Below are positions 1 through 14,329 of a DNA stretch of 64,000 bases, piece after piece; positions within the stretch are counted from its first letter, which is position 1; each line of letters opens with the position of its first letter. This DNA comes from Octopus vulgaris. Lineage: Eukaryota. Under the pieces are notes generated by a model. It was not told the origin of the DNA. It did no database searches and worked only from the letters and a program-made list of their open reading frames with translations. Position numbers and translations under genes: made by a program. The stretch spans positions 62,620,001-62,684,000 of the forward strand of contig OX597815.1 in NCBI GenBank assembly GCA_951406725.2, in the 5' to 3' direction.

Positions 1-208
1 TTACCAGAATATTTTTAAAAGGCGTAATTTATATGTTGTTTGAATTTATAACACCCAACTCGATTTCGTTGAGAAATAATGTTTTATCCTCGTTTTCCTC
101 TTTTTTATGTGTGCTATCAACTAATCTCATCTCTTAATATACTGCAAATAGCATAGTTCCACAAATTATCCGTTTCAGAAAGTTACCACACAGACACACA
201 GACACACA

Positions 209-210
209 CA

Positions 211-255
<45 letters not shown>

Positions 256-265
256 ATATACACAC
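209..265. repeat. (CA)n microsatellite
   Basis: Direct dinucleotide run. Confidence 0.95.
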
Positions 266-360
266 GTATAAATATAAACATAATACGTGTATGTATACGT
301 GTGTATATCATTATCATCATGGTTTGGCATGGTTTGGCATAATAGACATTTTTGTATTTT

Positions 361-730
<370 letters not shown>

Positions 731-809
731 ATACACACACATGTCCGTGTGTGTGTGTGTGTGCATGTAATTGTGTGTATGTATGTGAATGTGTGTGTGT
801 GTGCGCGCG

Positions 810-1025
810 TCATTGTGTCTGTGTTTGTCCCCCACCGCCGCTTGACAACTGGTGTCGGTGTGTTTGCTTCCCTGCAACTTTGCGGTTCAGCAGAACTGAC
901 CGATAAAGTAAGAACCATGCTTGAAAGTAAAATAAGTACTGGGGTAGACTCGCTTGTCTAAAATTCTTCAAGGCGTTACTCCATTAAGGCCACAATTTAC
1001 TGACTGAAAAAAGTAAAAGATAAAA
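810..1025 (+). mobile_element. SINE family A, 3' half
   Basis: TGTGTCTGTGTTTGTCCCC...CTTGACAAC...GACTGAAA..AGTAAAAGA matches the 3' half of the copies at 42478 and 62863. Confidence 0.85.
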
Positions 1026-1044
1026 AAATAATTTATATATACAT

Positions 1045-1152
1045 AGGCGCAGGAGTGGCTTTGTGGTAAGTAGCTTGCTTACCAACCACATGGTTCTGGG
1101 TTCAGTCCCACAACGTGGGACCTTGGGCAAGTCTCTTCTATTGTAGCCTCGG
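1045..1152 (+). mobile_element. SINE family A, tRNA-derived head only
   Basis: AGGCGCAGGAGTGGCT..GTGGTAAG (A box), GGGTTCAGTCCC (B box), CCTTGGGCAAGT CORE-like segment. Confidence 0.85.
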
Positions 1153-1199
1153 AACCCAATACTTTTATTTTTTGTAAGTAGTTTAAAGTCATCCTGTGA

Positions 1200-1790
1200 A
1201 CCAGGTGATTTATTCTCACATTTGTTTTGGAAAACTCAGTCACTTCTGGATATTCTCAGTATAATTGTCACGAGAATTAACGCAAAGACGAAGAGTAGTG
1301 GAGAGAGTGAGTTTACTTGGAAAATTCCCTTGCGCATTTTTACGTTTCCTAACGATTCATTCACGCATGCCATTTCTACTTCCCACGCACTCATTACATT
1401 TCCCCCAAAAGCTGCTTATCCTCTCACTGACTCCAAGCGTTCTCAGGCATTCCAAAAGCTAGCAGCGTGGAACATTTTCGTAAGCCTTCCTGTAATCTAT
1501 CCAGCCAACAGCTAAAGTCTTCTAATTTAATATCCTACGATAATATACAGCAGATCAGCAGCTTTCTTTGACATCTTTTTGCTCCTCTGGCATCCAGAAT
1601 AATGCTAAACATTTAATAAACTGTTGACTTAACTCTTTTCTTTCTTTGTCCATTCATATCAGCACTGTCCTTCCTTTTGTCATCCATGTTGGCATTCTGT
1701 TTTCACTGCAGTCAATACGAAATGGGTCGTGTATAGCTGTATATATTTAAGAGATTTTTGCGCTAGAAACCCTGAGCACCGTCTGGTCTG
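1200..1790 (-). mobile_element. R4/Dong-like non-LTR RT fragment (decayed)
   Basis: Minus strand gives WIDYRKAY and MRKGIFQVNSLSPLLFVFALI, homologous to the RT of the 3450-5985 copy. Confidence 0.75.
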
Positions 1791-1802
1791 GGAATTTTGG
1801 GT

Positions 1803-1988
1803 ATTGCTAGCACGCCGGGTAAAATGATTAGCGGTATTTCTTCCGACTCCTTACATTCTGGGTTCAAATCCCGCAGAAGTCGATTTTAGCTCCCGTCTTT
1901 TCGGCTCCATAAAATTAAGTACTTAACAAGAATTGTAATCGATTTGTCCCTTCCCATTAAAATTGCTAGCTTTCTACCCAAACTTGAA
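1803..1988 (+). mobile_element. SINE family B (tRNA head, TAA tail), diverged
   Basis: CTAGCACGCCGGGTAAAATG..TAGCGGTATTTC..GGGTTCAAATCC; matches copies at 15017 and 21407. Confidence 0.75.
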
Positions 1989-2003
1989 TTATTATTATTA
2001 TTA

Positions 2004-2067
<64 letters not shown>
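1989..2067. repeat. (TTA)n microsatellite
   Basis: Direct run; further (TTA)n tracts at 2452-2610, 2920-3057, 3275-3437. Confidence 0.95.
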
Positions 2068-2068
<1 letters not shown>

Positions 2069-2451
2069 CTCACTATGACTACCCGTCTGATAAGGGTACA
2101 CTAGGCACATGCATCACAACCATATGTGCGCGACCTGGTGATCTCATATCAAGATAAACAGCGCATGACCTTGCAGGCGGGGCCCAGTTAGAATTTTGTT
2201 CTGGTCGACTAGCCCATCCCGTTCAAAAGGTCCTTGAATAGGGATTGTTTAAGGATGTTGAACGAACCGCCCATGTTTCCAAAGGTGAATTATTCAAACC
2301 CCAAAGAATCTCTCTCAACACATGGCTATAATACTCCCCACTGCTTCTGCTCGTGATCAGAGATGCAACATATCGTCAGCTACTGAGGGACATGCTCAAC
2401 TGGTTAAGGTCAAACAAATGACAAGCAAATCTGTGGTACTGAGCAGAATAC
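2068..2451. mobile_element. Unclassified ~380 bp insertion within (TTA)n
   Basis: Complex, higher-GC block cleanly bounded by (TTA)n on both sides; recalled as a common octopus repeat, unverified. Confidence 0.5.
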
Positions 2452-2471
2452 TATTATTATTATTATTATTA

Positions 2472-2610
<139 letters not shown>

Positions 2611-2918
2611 CGTTCAACATTTGGTAGTTTCAGGTAAATTTCTACTGCATCACCAAATACACTTGCGTGTTGCTGAGGTGTGTGCAGCATTTTGTGATCT
2701 TTTATGTTATTGGGGAAGTGCAAACTCTTCCCGATATTGTATTGCACGAGTTTGTTTTATGGGGTTTGGTTGTAGTCTATTTTTATTAGTGTTTGTATTG
2801 TGTGTTGTTTGCATAGTGTGAATTGTTTTTTTATGTTGGGTATCCGGCTTGTAGAATACATGTGGGGGTTCTTTATATTATTAGATATTTACTACATAGA
2901 GTGTGTCTTTTGTTTGTG

Positions 2919-3272
<354 letters not shown>

Positions 3273-3298
3273 TTTTATTATTATTTTATTATTTTTTA

Positions 3299-3443
<145 letters not shown>

Positions 3444-3449
3444 CACTAA

Positions 3450-5985
3450 ACAGATTGCACAGTTGGAAAAGAAAAGCATCCTAACATCGGGCTACAACAA
3501 CTAGCCTTAGATGCCAAGAACCCTCCTAAGTATCCTAGCTGTCCCTAATAACACAGTTTTCTGGAGCTGTGCTAGAATGGGTTTTATGCCTATTTCATCT
3601 ATACATTTGTTCAGATCTTTACGGATAGTTCCCAATGCACCTATAACTACTGGGATACATTTTACTTGCACTTTTCATAGTCTCTATAATTCAATGGCTA
3701 AATCCTGGTACTTTGCTATTTTTTCTATACTTCTCATATTGATTTTTTCATCACTTGGGACTGTAAAGTCAATTATCTGACAGTTTCTATTCTCTTAATC
3801 TATTAATGCTAAATCAGGTTTTCTAGTTTCTATTACTCTGTCAGTCTGAATGTTAAAGTCCCACAACATCTTGTATTTCTTAATTTCTAGTATTTTACTA
3901 GGTTCATGATCATACCATTTATTAGTATGTTCAAATCCTAGCTTTCCACATGACTCCCAGTGGATTACTCTCACTAGGTTGTCATGTCTTTTCTTGTATT
4001 CTTTCTGTGCCAGCATATTACATTCACTTACTATATGAGTAACGCTTTCCTCTTTTGATTTGCATAATCTACATTGGGAATCTACTTGGTTTTTATCTAT
4101 CTTGGCTTTTAACTAATTAGTCCTTAATGTTTGATCTTGTGCAGCTACTAACAAACTTCTATCTCCCTCTTCATCTTTCTGCAACCATAACCATGTCTCA
4201 CTACTACTATTTGCTACAACTATCTTTGGAAATCTACCATGCAACGATTTCTCCTACCAGTCAGATAACTTCTGTTCTTTTTTCTGTTTTTTAACTTTGT
4301 TTGGGTTTTCCCTATGTCTTGCTGTGACTCTAGCAGCTTTTAATAAACTTTCTTCACTATTACCTACATAAGAGACTATATCTACTCTAGCTAACCCCAT
4401 GTAGTCTTCTACTGATATTAACTCTTTTCCTCCTTCCTTTCTAGGTAGGTGTAATCTTGCTACTCCTAACCTAGGGTGATGTCCTCCCTTCATATTGAAT
4501 TCCTTCATAGTTCTTCTGTCTAGCTTTGCTAATTCAGTTTTTGTCGAATCTCCAAAAGCTATTGGGTATCTATGTAATGATACTGCCCAAGTATTTACAG
4601 CCTTCATTAAATTCGGACCATTTAGCTTTGACTTCATTAGTTTCCTTACCCTTCTGATATACTCCTCAATTATCGTTTTCATTTCTGTAGTTAGTACTCT
4701 GTCAGATTCTAATACTCCTAGATACTCTCTCTTCCTTTCAATGATTTTAATGTCTAGCCGTCAGGTAATTGAATGTCTTCGCTGGTGACTACCTGTCCCC
4801 TTTTCATGACTAATATTGCACACTTATCTCTACCAAATTCCATGCCTGTATCTTTGATGAAGAGTCTTCTTGTCAGTATTAAGGAATCCATTTCTTTTTC
4901 GTTCTTACTAAGAAGCTTCAGATCATCCATATAGGGCTAACGGTTAATTTTCCCCTTACTGTTTCGTAATTGATGCCCTGCCTTTGCCTTCCTTAATATT
5001 AAACTGAGTGGGAATCAAACATAAGACAAATATTAAAGGGGACAACGAGTCTCTCCGCAAAAATTCCTCTTTTGATATTAACTTTCTCCAAGAGTGTGTC
5101 GACAGAGTAGGGATATACTTTCCATTTCTTCCTGCTAAAGCTAAGTAATTCTCTTATGTTGTCTGCTATACTAAATAGACTCAAACATCCACTTATCCAT
5201 GAGTGTGAGATCATGTCATAGGCTTTCCTATAACCCATCCATGTTATTGTTGGACTTTTGTTTCTAGCATTTACTTAATTTAGAACTGCTTTTTCCTTCT
5301 TTCTGCAACCTTTCTGTTCTTCTGGTAGTAAATTCTGGTTGTCAAGGTGCTCGTAATTGCTTTGTGAAAGCATTCCTGTTAGCAGCTTCCACACTGATGA
5401 TAAGGAAGAGATTGGTCTATAGTTGCTAGCTGTATTACCTTTGCTCTTATCTTTCATAATGAGTATTGTTCTCCCTCTAGTCATCCAATCTGGTATTATT
5501 CCTCCATTAAAGCAATCCTGAAGTTGCTCAGCCTCCCATGTAAACTATTAAATTTCTATAGCCAGTACCTTGAACTAAATCTGGCCTTGAGCCCTTCCAA
5601 TTCGGCATTTTTCATAAAATTACTCATTAATGCCCAAATAAATCTGCAAATGGTTATGGCTGCTTCTCACTCCCTACTTCTTCCCTCACTTTCTTTAACC
5701 ATACTGCATCTCCATTATGATTGACTTGATTATCTCAAATATTACTCCAGAACTTTCTAGCTTCTTCAGCATTAACTTTCTCGTCCTCAGTACTTCGTCC
5801 TCCACTATTTATTTGGTCATAAAATCTCCTCGGTCTGTCTCAAATAATCTATTCTGTTTATACTGATCTATTCTTTTCTGATATCTAGAGAGCTTCCCTT
5901 CTACTGCCATGATACGCTGTTTCAACTCTTCTATTGTCTCAAGTCCTTTTTCTTTGGCTAAGTATCTTTACTCGAGGGAAGATTT
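3450..5985 (-). mobile_element. R4/Dong-clade non-LTR retrotransposon, RT + RLE, pseudogenised
   Basis: Fragments GRTILIMKDKSKGNTASNYRPIS, YRKAYDMISHSWI, YMDDLKL, KSKLNGPNLMKAVNTWAV, YKKRHDNLVRVIHW, LWDFNIQTDRVIETRKPDLALID, QKTVLLGTARILRRVLGI*; flanked by (TAA)n. Confidence 0.93.
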
Positions 5986-5986
5986 A

Positions 5987-6020
<34 letters not shown>

Positions 6021-6429
6021 ATTATTATTATTGTTGTTGTTGTTGTTGTTGTTATTATTGTCATTATTATGCGAGTTCCGTCGTGTAAATTGTCGTTTTA
6101 ATTTATCTTTCCAGATACGGTTTATTCAAGCATAACTGAATAGAGATGTCCATAGAGAACTAGTTAAAAAGATCTATAATTATCGAAGAAAATCCGATTT
6201 CACTATCAGATTTAGATAAAAAAGAAAAAAAGTTATTTTACAAACCTTTTGAATTTTATTGACACGAACTACATTTCGACATCTGAAATGGCTACCATAT
6301 ATATTTATGTTTTATTACTAAATAGTACAACAACAGAAGAAAAGGAAAAAACAAAATACAAAATATACAACTAATTGAAAAAAGCAACACGAAAATCGAA
6401 ATGTTTACTAAACAATCAAAAAATAAAAA

Positions 6430-6635
6430 GTAAGGATCAAGGGTCTTTCCTGATCTATAGGCTCACAAGGCCGATTTCCAGGTTTCCTCGCAGGATTGCT
6501 TATTTTTGCTAGCTGAAGGGACTGAAGCCACGTGAAATTATGTGTTTTGCTCTAGAACACGACGCATCACCTGGTCCAGGAAACGAAACCACAACCTTGA
6601 GCGTAACGCTCTTACCGCTAAGCCATATGCCTCCG
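6430..6635 (-). mobile_element. tRNA-derived SINE family C relative
   Basis: Minus head GGAGGCATATGGCTTAGCGGTAAGAGCG..GGTTTCGTTTCCTGGACC..GTGTTCTAGAGCAAAACAC, similar to the 21716-22030 head. Confidence 0.7.
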
Positions 6636-6839
6636 CTTAGTAAGAAGTGCATATAAAAGCATGTTTCAAATATTCTAACAGATAGATTAGAAAATATCGA
6701 TAGTAACAAGAACATCAACAACGACAACAACAACGAAGGCAACAGCAATAATAACAACAACAGTAGCAATAACATCAACAACAGTACGTTCTTATAACGA
6801 GTCAAACATCACGATTCGTTCCTGTAGAAGTAACTGTGT

Positions 6840-7270
6840 GAATGCGATCCTTCTCTTAACATAAACAGAACAAAGAGAATTTTTGGACTTATCGCAGTCA
6901 AAAGAAAAAGATAGAGTTGGGAAAATTTTGTAAAGCTGAACAGTAGTTTCCTGTCACAAGAATTAATGTAGGAGAGCGCAGAGAAAAAAAATTTACATAT
7001 CTCTGACTCAGAAAGGACGGAAGTGGAGTAATTTAACCTCAGGATATTATGGAGAGAAATCCTCTCAAGTTAAAAAAAAAAAGGCAAAAGCTATGGCGGT
7101 ATCTGTTGTGCTTTTAAAACTGAAAACTCAGCCAAAGTACAGGCTGAAATTGTAAGACTCATCTCTGACTATATAGTTATGGTCCAGTACATGGGATCAA
7201 GAAATACAAGAATGATGGTGACATGGGAAACGACGTAGAGCCAAGGGTAACTTTCACTTCTGTATGGTGG
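6840..7270 (+). mobile_element. Possible L1/Tx1-like ORF1 remnant
   Basis: Purine-rich decayed coding-like sequence (QYMGSRNTRM) loosely resembling 12530-13070; weak. Confidence 0.25.
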
Positions 7271-8356
7271 TATAGGCATTTGGTTAAAAGCACTACCACC
7301 GCCACCACCACCACCACTACCACCACCACAAACAACAACAACAGAGTCAGGAGGTGTTAAGACGGATTTTAAAATTCTAATAACTTCCGAAACTTATAAA
7401 CCTGTGCTCAAGAGAAAACGTTGGGAAAAAGAGCATAAGATTAATGAGACAAGGCAGGAAATCACTTCAGAGCCGAATGGTCAGAAAAACTGGAAAGACT
7501 GAACAGTATTAGAAGTAGATAAGCAAAAATGTCGGGTATTCGTATCAATAAGTAAGATCACGTAACCATCTTGCGAGAACGAAGAAATGATAGTTGCGAA
7601 CCTACGAAATGGAAAAGGAAACAATCTTAAAGAAGACTCAAACAATGAAAATGAGGGAGAAGGAAGAATTCTTTAAAATAATAATGATACTCTTCCTGAG
7701 AAAGACAGCGAAGAAATAAAGAGGACAAGGATGACGTAATTTTCATCCTATTTCTAAATTCAAACGAACAATTAATAATCAGTATTACGCATCTACGCTG
7801 CAACGGACTTTTACGAAAAACTAGAATAACAAAAAACAAAGAAGGAAAAAAAAAGAAAAAGTGGTTGCACTCGAACACTCTTTGGTAATAGATAAACCAA
7901 CAGAGTCACGTTTTACTTCCTTTTAATTATATCTTGTTTAAATTATTGCGTATTATGTCGTAATTTTTATTTAAAATCCTAATACGCCCATTCATATATA
8001 TTGCGTTGCATTTTCACCGCCTCACTGTCGTACTTGTAAACTTGTCTTCACACTCTACGTTTTCCTTCTTTGTAACCCCCAATGAAAATTTTTTTCTCAC
8101 CCTTCGTACCCTTATGGGTAACAAAGAAAAGGTCATTCTTTTGCTATATCTCGGGTGGGTCATTAAGCCAATAGATAATAAAACAAGTAGTGGTTCAGTT
8201 TCAATTCTTTATTATTCATTAATTATTTAAGTATTTAACCAACTAACTAATCGATTGTTTGATTAATCGTTTGTTCAGTCAATCGAGAAGTTGTGTTTGT
8301 GAAAGTCCTTTCGTCGCAATTCATGACTTCTAAGACACGCTCTCTCAATTCCAGGT

Positions 8357-8370
8357 CATTATTATTATTA

Positions 8371-8425
<55 letters not shown>

Positions 8426-8451
8426 CATTATTATTATTATTATCATCATCA

Positions 8452-8507
<56 letters not shown>
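8357..8507. repeat. (TTA/TCA)n microsatellite
   Basis: Direct run. Confidence 0.95.
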
Positions 8508-8509
<2 letters not shown>

Positions 8510-8695
8510 GGCTGCAGCAGGAAGAATCATTAGCTCTCCAGGCAAAATGCTTAGTGGTATTTCGTCCGCTGAGGTCGGCTTTGCCTTTCATTCTTTTGAT
8601 GTCGATAAATTAAGTACCAGTGAAACATTGGGGTCGATGTAATCGACTAGTTCCCCCTCCACCAATTTCAGGCCTTGTGCCTATAGTAGAAATGA
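8508..8695 (+). mobile_element. SINE family B
   Basis: AAGGC..GAATCATTAGC..GGTCGGCTTTGCCTTTCAT..GTCGATAAATTAAGTACCAG..GGCCTTGTGCC. Confidence 0.85.
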
Positions 8696-8779
8696 TTATT
8701 ATTGTTGCTGTTGTTGATGAGGATGATGATGTTATTTTGGTTGTTGTTGTGTCCATTTTTATTGTTAGAACTATTATTG

Positions 8780-9665
8780 GTGACAACATTTCCTCAAATC
8801 TCAAGAATCTTTAGAATCTATGATTGCACTATTCTGCATGTCTACAATGCTAGTTTCAATTCCATTATCTTCATCCTCTTATGTAGCAGTTTTGGTGTTG
8901 TGACAAATGCACGAGTTACTTGGAAAATAATTGTCAACTTAGTCTTCCACAATCTCTTCATCTCTCTGGCTAGACCTTCATATTGCACAAATTTTTCAAT
9001 TACTTTGCTATCTACTCTGTTGTTATTACAAAGCCTGTGATTTTACATTGTTTATGTTATCCTCTACAATCATGTCCGGTCTTCTTGCTTCTTGTCTCAC
9101 AGTATGGTTGGCTTTATGGAGAAAATCCATAAAATCTTATAATTCTTATTCTCTGTCACTACCTCTGGTTCTTGTTCATACCACTTTTTGTGTTGATTTA
9201 AATCCACACACTTGGCTAACTTCCTAAAGCAAATCTTACCTACGCAGTCATGCCTGTGTTTATATTCTTTTTGTGCTAGCTTACAGCATTCGCTCAACAG
9301 GTGATCAATCCTTTCGTCTGTGTTTGCCCTCTAACTGCATTTCATCAATATTTGCCTTTAAATATTCGTGCTAATGGCTTTTTCGCGAGCTGCTATAAAT
9401 AGTGACTGTTTCTCGTTTCCGGTTTCAGCTACACCAGCGTCTTTTACTTCCAAAATTCTCGTTTTGCTGCAAAAATTGGTCGCGTAATGCTTTTTCTTTC
9501 CAGCGACTTGTTCTATTGTTCTTCCTTCCGTTCTTAAATTCTCCGACTGTTTCAGTAACTTTTTGGACAGTTTTAACCAACAATAGTATTCTTTCTTCAT
9601 GATGTACAACATAGCTTTTCAACCTCGGTATCGCAGCACAAAAGATGTCTTCTGCGTTTAGCAAT
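8780..9665 (-). mobile_element. R4/Dong 3' fragment (CCHC + RLE)
   Basis: SECCKLAQKEYKHRHDCVGK, KWYEQEPEVVTENKNYKILW, RRPDMIVED on the minus strand. Confidence 0.85.
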
Positions 9666-9671
9666 TCTTAT

Positions 9672-9873
9672 TCAATTTTTGAGACAAGGCCAGCAGTTTT
9701 GAGGGGAAAGGGCAAGTCAATTACATAGTGTTCAACTGATACCTATTGCATCAACCCCGAAAGGATGAAAGGCAAAGTCGACCTCATCGGAATTTGAACT
9801 CAGTACGTAAAATCGAAAGAAATACCTCTAAGCATTTTGTCTAGCGTGCTAACTATATTGCTACATCACTACC

Positions 9874-9876
<3 letters not shown>
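9672..9876 (-). mobile_element. SINE family B
   Basis: CCCCGAAAGGATGAAAGGCAAAGTCGACCTC..GGAATTTGAACTCAG, reverse complement of family B. Confidence 0.85.
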
Positions 9877-9937
<61 letters not shown>

Positions 9938-9938
9938 C

Positions 9939-10007
<69 letters not shown>
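9876..10007. repeat. (TAA)n microsatellite
   Basis: Direct run. Confidence 0.95.
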
Positions 10008-10008
<1 letters not shown>

Positions 10009-10269
10009 TGATCTACATCACGAACAGCAGCAGCGCAACAGGGGAGATAGAAGTGTGGACGTCATCCTAAGTTTCTCCAATCAATACAAGAACCTGTGAA
10101 AAATGCAACGGAAACTACAACAGCAACAACAAAGCTGATGACGGCAACAAAATACAACAACAAAATAAAAAATATAACAAAGAAAAACAGAAGAAAAAAG
10201 ATTAAATATTTAAACCAGACTGCTACCTGCTGGCGATATTAGAGCTGTGTGGATGGTAGGAGTTGGTAT

Positions 10270-10459
10270 GTATGTAGACATACATACATACATACATACA
10301 TACATACATACGTACATACATACATATATATACATGTATGTTTGTGAATAAATATATTTGCGCTAGTGTGTGTTTGTGTGTGCATATATATGTACAAACA
10401 TACACATACAGATACAATTCTTGAATGAGTAAGAGTTTGAGTGCGTGTGTATATATATG

Positions 10460-10519
<60 letters not shown>

Positions 10520-10803
10520 CACATAAATGTATAGATATAAAATCATATATACCATACATACAAGTACAGAGGGCACAGACACACGCGTATATATGCAAAT
10601 ACACACACGCGTACACTCTCTGATGTGTGTGAGCAAATGTGTGTGTGTGTGCGTGTGCGCGTTTGTGCGCCTGTGTCTGTTTAGCTGTATGCATATATAC
10701 ATATATTTGTGTGTGTCTGGAGGACTTCTGTGTGTGTGTATGTGTGTATATGTGTGTGTATGTGTGTGTATGTGTGTGTGTATGTGTGTGTTTGTGTGTG
10801 TTT

Positions 10804-10834
<31 letters not shown>

Positions 10835-10850
10835 GTGTGCATGCGTGTGT
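10270..10850. repeat. Compound (TACA)n/(TA)n/(TG)n microsatellite field
   Basis: Direct runs. Confidence 0.9.
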
Positions 10851-10954
10851 ATTTCCGTATCGATCTTCTCATGACGAGAGGAACTTTTGCGCCAAAACTG
10901 ATGTCTGCTAAGTGTATTTAGCCGATGTCTTGTGGGAAATAGACTAATTGCTGT

Positions 10955-11265
10955 AGCATCAGCATCAGTATGGGCATCCCCGTCACCATCTTCATAATCA
11001 TCATCATAATCACCATCACCATCATCATCCTTTTCGTAATCAACCTCACCCTCGTCGTCATTATGATCAGAATTACCGCCACCATTACCGTCATCATCAC
11101 GCCCAGCTAAATATCATCATCATCATCCTCGTCATCATCATCATCATCATCATCATCATCACAACTACCATCGCAAGCGCCGCCGCCACCATTCTCCTGC
11201 TCGTCATCATCACTATCACTCATCTTCTTCTCCTCCCCCTCCCCCTCCTTGTCCTCCCGCTCATT

Positions 11266-11308
<43 letters not shown>

Positions 11309-11920
11309 ATCGAGGGAATATCAATATATTCAATATTGTCAATGTTATTATTATCATCATCATCATGACCACCGTGTCCAGTACCGTAATACTTCTACCA
11401 CCACTACCACCGCCACCATCACCACCACCACCACCACCACCACCACCAATAACAACAACAACACCTCCACCACCGCCATCTCCAACACCACCACCGCCAC
11501 CACCATCGCCGCCGCCACTACCACCATGACTGAGCCCCACTATTACTACTCCACCACCATTATCACCACCAACAGAAAACCAACAAGGCAACAATATTTA
11601 ATAACAATAACAATACCATCAGGCAATCAATAATGGAAAAGATAAAAAATTAGCAGCGAAGACAACATCACCATCAGCAACAACCACAGACAACGACAAC
11701 AGCAACATGAACAAACAAGAACGATATTAAAAACACTAAGACCACCACCAACAAAACCGTCATCGTTATTATTATCACCATTTGCTATACCACCACCACC
11801 ACCACCACCACCACCACCACTATTACCACTACCCCCACCACTGCCACTGTTAACGACAGCGACAGTAATTCCACCTTTAAGAGAAGCAGCGACAGCAGCA
11901 CCACTAGCAGTAACAATAAC
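10955..11920. repeat. Cryptic trinucleotide (CAT/CAC/CAA) low-complexity tract
   Basis: Degenerate trinucleotide repeats giving poly-M/G/V ORFs. Confidence 0.9.
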
Positions 11921-11939
11921 GACTAGAAACTTAACGTTT

Positions 11940-12110
11940 CAACGTTGTCGTCCAGCTTGCATGTAATAGCCACCAGATGTCGGTCAACTCTCATCCTGTC
12001 ATCATTATGGAAGAACGCATGAGACAGTGGAGTCCTATACATGCAAAATACAGGGTAGTCACTTCTAAAACTTCTTTAATCAACTAACCTTGGGCTAAAC
12101 AACAACAACA
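11940..12110 (+). mobile_element. SINE-like family D ((AAC)n tail)
   Basis: Ends CCTTGGGCTAAACAACAACAAC; reverse-oriented relatives at 22925, 32725, 41015. Confidence 0.6.
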
Positions 12111-12529
12111 TGAAACTTGAGCGGACGAAAGACCATTGACAGGACGGCCTAATTTGCTACAAATAACAGTTAAGTGACCATCACTATGTAGACTGCACTG
12201 AGTCACTGAAGGTAGTGTGGACGACTTTGGAACGTCTGCGACAATAGGTTAAACAGCAGCAATTGTGAGCAAGTAACACAGCCATCATCATCTCACCACC
12301 GCCTATAGTTCTGATACAACCAATAACACCAGCCACCATCATTACCATCGTCATTTCGTAGACCACCACCGGTAACAACAACAATCAAATCAAATTACTA
12401 TAGTTCTAGATATATTATATCCGGAAAAATGAATGGGTGGTCATATCTGGAACACATGCCACATCAGTGTGCAAGAGATTCGGTGAATGACTTGATGTAG
12501 ATGTGACAGAACGAATGGAGCTCGTTAAC

Positions 12530-13070
12530 TTTTAGAATAGAGGAACCATGGAATACCATTTGCAAATCTTAAAGTTGCAACTAGTCGAACACTGTTGACA
12601 GAGTCGATAGATTTTGAGAACTGCTGCTGTCACTCTCTTTTTCGCCGATTCCTGTTTCTCTGGGCAGAGATCCTTGAAACGACTCTACAGATATAACATA
12701 CGTTCCAATGTTATTATCACTTTTGTCTCTGAAAACAACAGTGAAGTATAGCTTGGGGTCACTCTTGTCTTCGAGGTTTATCAGGACCTTTACATTTAAA
12801 CAGGCCTCATTTGACCTCATGCTACTCCACGTCACATCAAGGTTCAACTTCGGCCGGCAGTGTCCGCGCAAATGACCACGTGACAAGTAACATGTGTCAA
12901 CGTCTCCATCAATACTCGTTGCTGTAATCCTCACGGTCTTACTTCGTCCTCCGTTTTGATGTACACTGCCGTATTCCTTTTCTCTATATCATATATAGCT
13001 TTCATAAGGTGTTCCTTTTAAGGAACATTAATGCTCCCTTCGTTTTTCATGAAGCTGAGATATCTCAGTT
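12530..13070 (-). mobile_element. Possible L1/Tx1-like ORF1 remnant with decayed zinc knuckle
   Basis: Minus strand LNVKVLINLEDK followed by frameshifted CYICRV..KDLCPE (CCHC-like). Confidence 0.35.
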
Positions 13071-13747
13071 TATTCGTTACTCGTTCTTAGATAAATTCTT
13101 TTTGGCAAAGAGGCACACACTTTATTACATACGGCCGTCACATACCTTCGTTTCCCTAGAATCGGCACATGTTTAAAACCTCTTTTTGGCTTATAAAACT
13201 TTCCAAAATATTGTCAGTTGTATTATTAACTTACAATTTTGGATTACTCTTAGTATTTCTATTTTTGCTTACGTGGAGCAAATTTGAGTTTTTGTGCATC
13301 AAATTGTGACTGCAGTCATATGTTCGTTTCCTTGTCACTTTTTTTTTGTTTATCTTTCCATTCGTTTTCCTGTTTTCAAACAATAATGGTTTTTTAAAAA
13401 TCTTTGTGAGGGTGAAATCCACTGTAACTTCTTTTCTAGTTAATACTTCCTTTTCCTATCATAGACAAAAATCATATTGAATAGAATGGTAAGACTTTTT
13501 TTTTTTTTTCAGAAAAATAAAATTATGTCTAAACGACTGGTTATGTTTCTGCTCAAGGTTATTTTACAGCTCAAATGTTCATAGGTCATTTGTACGAAAA
13601 GAAAAAAAACCCAGAAAAATCGACAGCCCCACACCCACACCCAGAGAAAAAAAACGGAAAAAAATCATTAGTAAAATTTGGTTACAATTTTCTCTAATCA
13701 GTATTAGAACCACGTCCATTCACGCCAAAACCCTACAAGAATAACAA

Positions 13748-13955
13748 GTTTCAAATTTTTGCACAAGGACAGCAATTTTCTGGGGATGGCTTTTGTCGAT
13801 TACATTGGCTCCAGCACTTCAGTTATACTTTATTTTATCGAACTCGAAAGGGCAGCAAATGAAGTTAAACTCGGCGGTGTTTGAACGCAAAGACCGCAAG
13901 AAATACGGATGAACATTTTGCCCGATGTAATCTCGATGTGCCAGCTCATAACCTT
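13748..13955 (-). mobile_element. SINE family B, diverged
   Basis: TTTCAAATTTTTGCACAAGGACAGCAATTT..TTATTTTATCGA..CTCGGCGGTGTTTGAAC. Confidence 0.75.
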
Positions 13956-14329
13956 AATAATATTACCACTAATTTTAATGGTTAAGAGAAATAAGTATAG
14001 TTTATTCCCTGCTATATATATAATATTACTTGAGAGACGAACGATAAAATATTAATGGCGTGTACCTGCGTACGTGCGTGTGTGGTTATTATATAATACA
14101 GATCGCTACAATAGTCATAAGGCTGCTCTAACTCGTAGTTTTAGCATTTTTGCATTAATTTTATTAGTGGAAGTGGATGGGCCCATGACTCTCGCAAACA
14201 ATTCCATTTCCGAATGGTGAGCTGGACATTTTCTTCCATTTTGACCATCTATATGTTGGCTGCTGTATCCAGGTACCAGAGACAGGGAAGGTTCACGTTT
14301 TGGGAGGAACGACTTACTGTGGACACAAT

